Assembly: GCA_016840065.1 (NCBI GenBank)
Contig: JAEOTB010000021.1
Coordinates: 1-17,471 of the forward strand
DNA from: Candidatus Hermodarchaeota archaeon
GTDB lineage: Archaea; Asgardarchaeota; Hermodarchaeia; Hermodarchaeales; Hermodarchaeaceae
Reading direction: 5' to 3'
Length of the DNA: 17,471 nucleotides
The first letter of the stretch is position 1. Every line of letters starts with the position of its first letter. Shown here in pieces: positions 15,770 to 17,471 of the stretch. The notes beneath the pieces were generated by a model, which saw only the letters and a list, made by a program, of their open reading frames with translations, was not told the origin of the DNA and did not search any database. Made by a program: the position numbers and the translations under genes.

Positions 15770-16189
15770 ATGGAATCGAGTACTGAGGAAAAAATCGAGG
15801 AGTTACTAACTTATGGTAGGGATCTTGTTACTAGGTACAACAAGACTAGGGATCCCTTTGCCCGGCTAGCTATGAAGCCGCGGATGCGTCAGCTCAAAAA
15901 AGTACTCGGTCAGGGCGTAAGGGTCTACTACAAGCGGGAACAGTATCGCCGTGTTATCTGCTTTGCTAAGCTTCTTCTAGATGTGACAAGTGTGCTCAGG
16001 GTCCACGTTGATCGTGCTGTAACTCACATGAACCTAGGTCGAGCCCATCGGAAATTGGGAGAGCTAGAGGAGGCGTATAGCCATTTCGAGAAAGCACACC
16101 TACTGTTACAACTACAGGAGGAACCTGGGCTCCAAGCTAGAGCTTTGAGTCACATGGCGTCTGTGGAAAGAGAGATGAAAGGAGATTAG
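15770..16189 (+). CDS. TPR protein 8 (shared N-terminal module, shortest member)
   Basis: MESSTEEKIEELLTYGRDLVTRY..., unit RAVTHMNLG and a partial QARALSHMA. Start chosen by paralog alignment (ORF open from 15710). Confidence 0.8.
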   Translation: MESSTEEKIEELLTYGRDLVTRYNKTRDPFARLAMKPRMRQLKKVLGQGVRVYYKREQYRRVICFAKLLLDVTSVLRVHVDRAVTHMNLGRAHRKLGELEEAYSHFEKAHLLLQLQEEPGLQARALSHMASVEREMKGD

Positions 16190-16191
16190 GT

Positions 16192-16641
16192 TCACTTCAA
16201 GATTGAGTAGTCTAGAACTCCTGTGTGCATGATTAGCTTCCATTCACTCCCAATCTTTGTGTACACCTTGCACACTCTCCCCTTCCAATGGTCTTTATTC
16301 CCCTCCTCATCAACCCACAAGGTATCAATATCAACAACCGCGAAACCCCCATCACCCTCACGGGAAACTGCGATTCTTTGGATGGTCCTATGATTGTGAA
16401 CAAGTCTGTAGTTATCAAACAGGTCCTGCCAAAGACGCTTCCACCTCTTGTAATCATACTTGCCCCATTCAATAACCCAGTCAATCGGGTCATGTGATTG
16501 GGCTGTTCTGGGCCAAGGCCAGACCATATCTGGGTGGAATACTGATATCAGGAGTTCAGTATCTTGAGTGTCCCAAGCCCGTGTCTCTCTATTTATCATA
16601 TCGATGATTTCTCTTTCTACTTCAGAGGTGTGTGGACCCAT
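16192..16641 (-). CDS. NTF2/SnoaL-like (DUF4440) protein
   Basis: 'RETRAWDTQDTELLISVFHPDMVWPWP...KVYTKIGSEWKLIMHTG'. GGAGG precedes ATG 16641; the ORF extends to 16659. Confidence 0.8.
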   Translation of the reverse strand: MGPHTSEVEREIIDMINRETRAWDTQDTELLISVFHPDMVWPWPRTAQSHDPIDWVIEWGKYDYKRWKRLWQDLFDNYRLVHNHRTIQRIAVSREGDGGFAVVDIDTLWVDEEGNKDHWKGRVCKVYTKIGSEWKLIMHTGVLDYSILK

Positions 16642-16723
16642 CAGGTGAACCTCCAACATCAGAACTAGTTATACATTCTTTGAGCTATCACACTACCAAA
16701 TGCTATGTCTAAAAGCATACTGG

Positions 16724-17401
16724 CTAATTGCTGCTACCTAGGACCTCCCTTTGTCTGGGTTGTTGATTACTCCAGATAGCCCCAGAAATGAGAGTGCCAC
16801 CAACTAGACTGATAGCGAAGAACCAGATGGAGAAGCCAAAACCAAGGAGAGGGGCACCAATGATGTATAGAACCGCAAGTATCACTGGGAGAAGGATAAG
16901 CCCGATTTCTAGAAGGGTCTGCCTGGGCTTCTTTCCCGCCACCTTGGCGAGGAACCTGACATCATCACCACTGACTCGGAGTCCGATGAAGAAGCTGTAG
17001 GCAAGGTAGAGTTTTAGTGCCCAGTGAATTGCTAGAAAGGGCCACCAGACCAGGAGGAGAAGTAGGGCTAGACTGAGTAAGTAGAGGGGGGCGAAACAGA
17101 CCAGGAAACCAGCGGTGAAGGTGTGGACGGCTTTCCCTTCAACCTCCACGCTGCCAGAGACGCCGATATTTGTAACTTTAATCCTGTGTTCAGTCACAGG
17201 AATCCCGAAGAGCCTGCACATCAGGGAGTGACACAGCTCGTGGAGCACGACACCAGGAAAACCAATGTACTCGAGTAACCTTGCTGCGTCCTTGTTCACT
17301 CGCCTAATGATTGCCTTTAAGCCAAGGCTGGCGATGAGGAAGAATGGAATGCATACCAGGGCATCCACCAGGCAGAGCAGAATGAAGACATCCAAGGTCA
17401 A
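16724..17401 (-). CDS. Integral-membrane zinc metalloprotease (M50-like / DUF3267-like)
   Basis: GFPGVVLHELCH (HEXXH in a hydrophobic context), FAPL, SGDD, and several TM helices. Confidence 0.7.
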   Translation of the reverse strand: MTLDVFILLCLVDALVCIPFFLIASLGLKAIIRRVNKDAARLLEYIGFPGVVLHELCHSLMCRLFGIPVTEHRIKVTNIGVSGSVEVEGKAVHTFTAGFLVCFAPLYLLSLALLLLLVWWPFLAIHWALKLYLAYSFFIGLRVSGDDVRFLAKVAGKKPRQTLLEIGLILLPVILAVLYIIGAPLLGFGFSIWFFAISLVGGTLISGAIWSNQQPRQREVLGSSN

Positions 17402-17471
17402 ACAAGCATCTCCTTACTTGGTCCTTGGATTGGTGCCGAATTTAGTTCGTTTTTAAGCGTTTCCCTGAAAA

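Noticed and set aside
3-16189. RRNPP/Rap-Phr-like quorum-sensing cassettes (TPR receptor + secreted peptide gene)
   Set aside because: No short signal-peptide ORF was found directly downstream of any TPR gene; the resemblance is only architectural.
3-16189. Diversity-generating retroelement acting on TPR genes
   Set aside because: No reverse transcriptase and no near-identical TR/VR pair differing at adenines; the RING remnants show mixed substitutions and stops.
1-17471. CRISPR array, tRNA, rRNA, transposase or integrase
   Set aside because: No regularly spaced repeats, cloverleaf or mobile-element protein motifs were seen.

Overview
Archaeal-looking accessory region, most consistent with an Asgard archaeon (inferred from a HEAT-zinc-ribbon-RING protein, IPGFP-TM-RRR sorting tails, frequent TTG starts and TATA-like promoters). 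Eight co-oriented (+) TPR genes dominate the window. The seven whose 5' ends are visible share an unnamed N-terminal helical module followed by a variable number of ~40-aa TPRs, and most end in a 34-aa TPR plus a capping helix. A minus-strand HEAT-repeat protein ends in a zinc ribbon and a C4H2C2 RING (putative E3 ligase). Two intergenic stretches (2575-2655, 7356-7480) are decayed remnants of paralogous RING genes, and a 37-bp copy of a TPR upstream segment lies next to one of them, which suggests a birth-and-death TPR/RING locus. Interspersed genes encode a DUF362 protein, a secreted HEXXH peptidase, an ATC-hydrolase-like protein, two wHTH proteins, a YkgJ protein, an unannotated 48-aa Cys-rich microprotein, a small membrane protein, an NTF2/SnoaL protein and a membrane HEXXH protease. 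Two tandem surface-protein paralogs each carry paired G(A/G)GAA-N5-TTCTC operators. No rRNA, tRNA, CRISPR array or transposase was seen.
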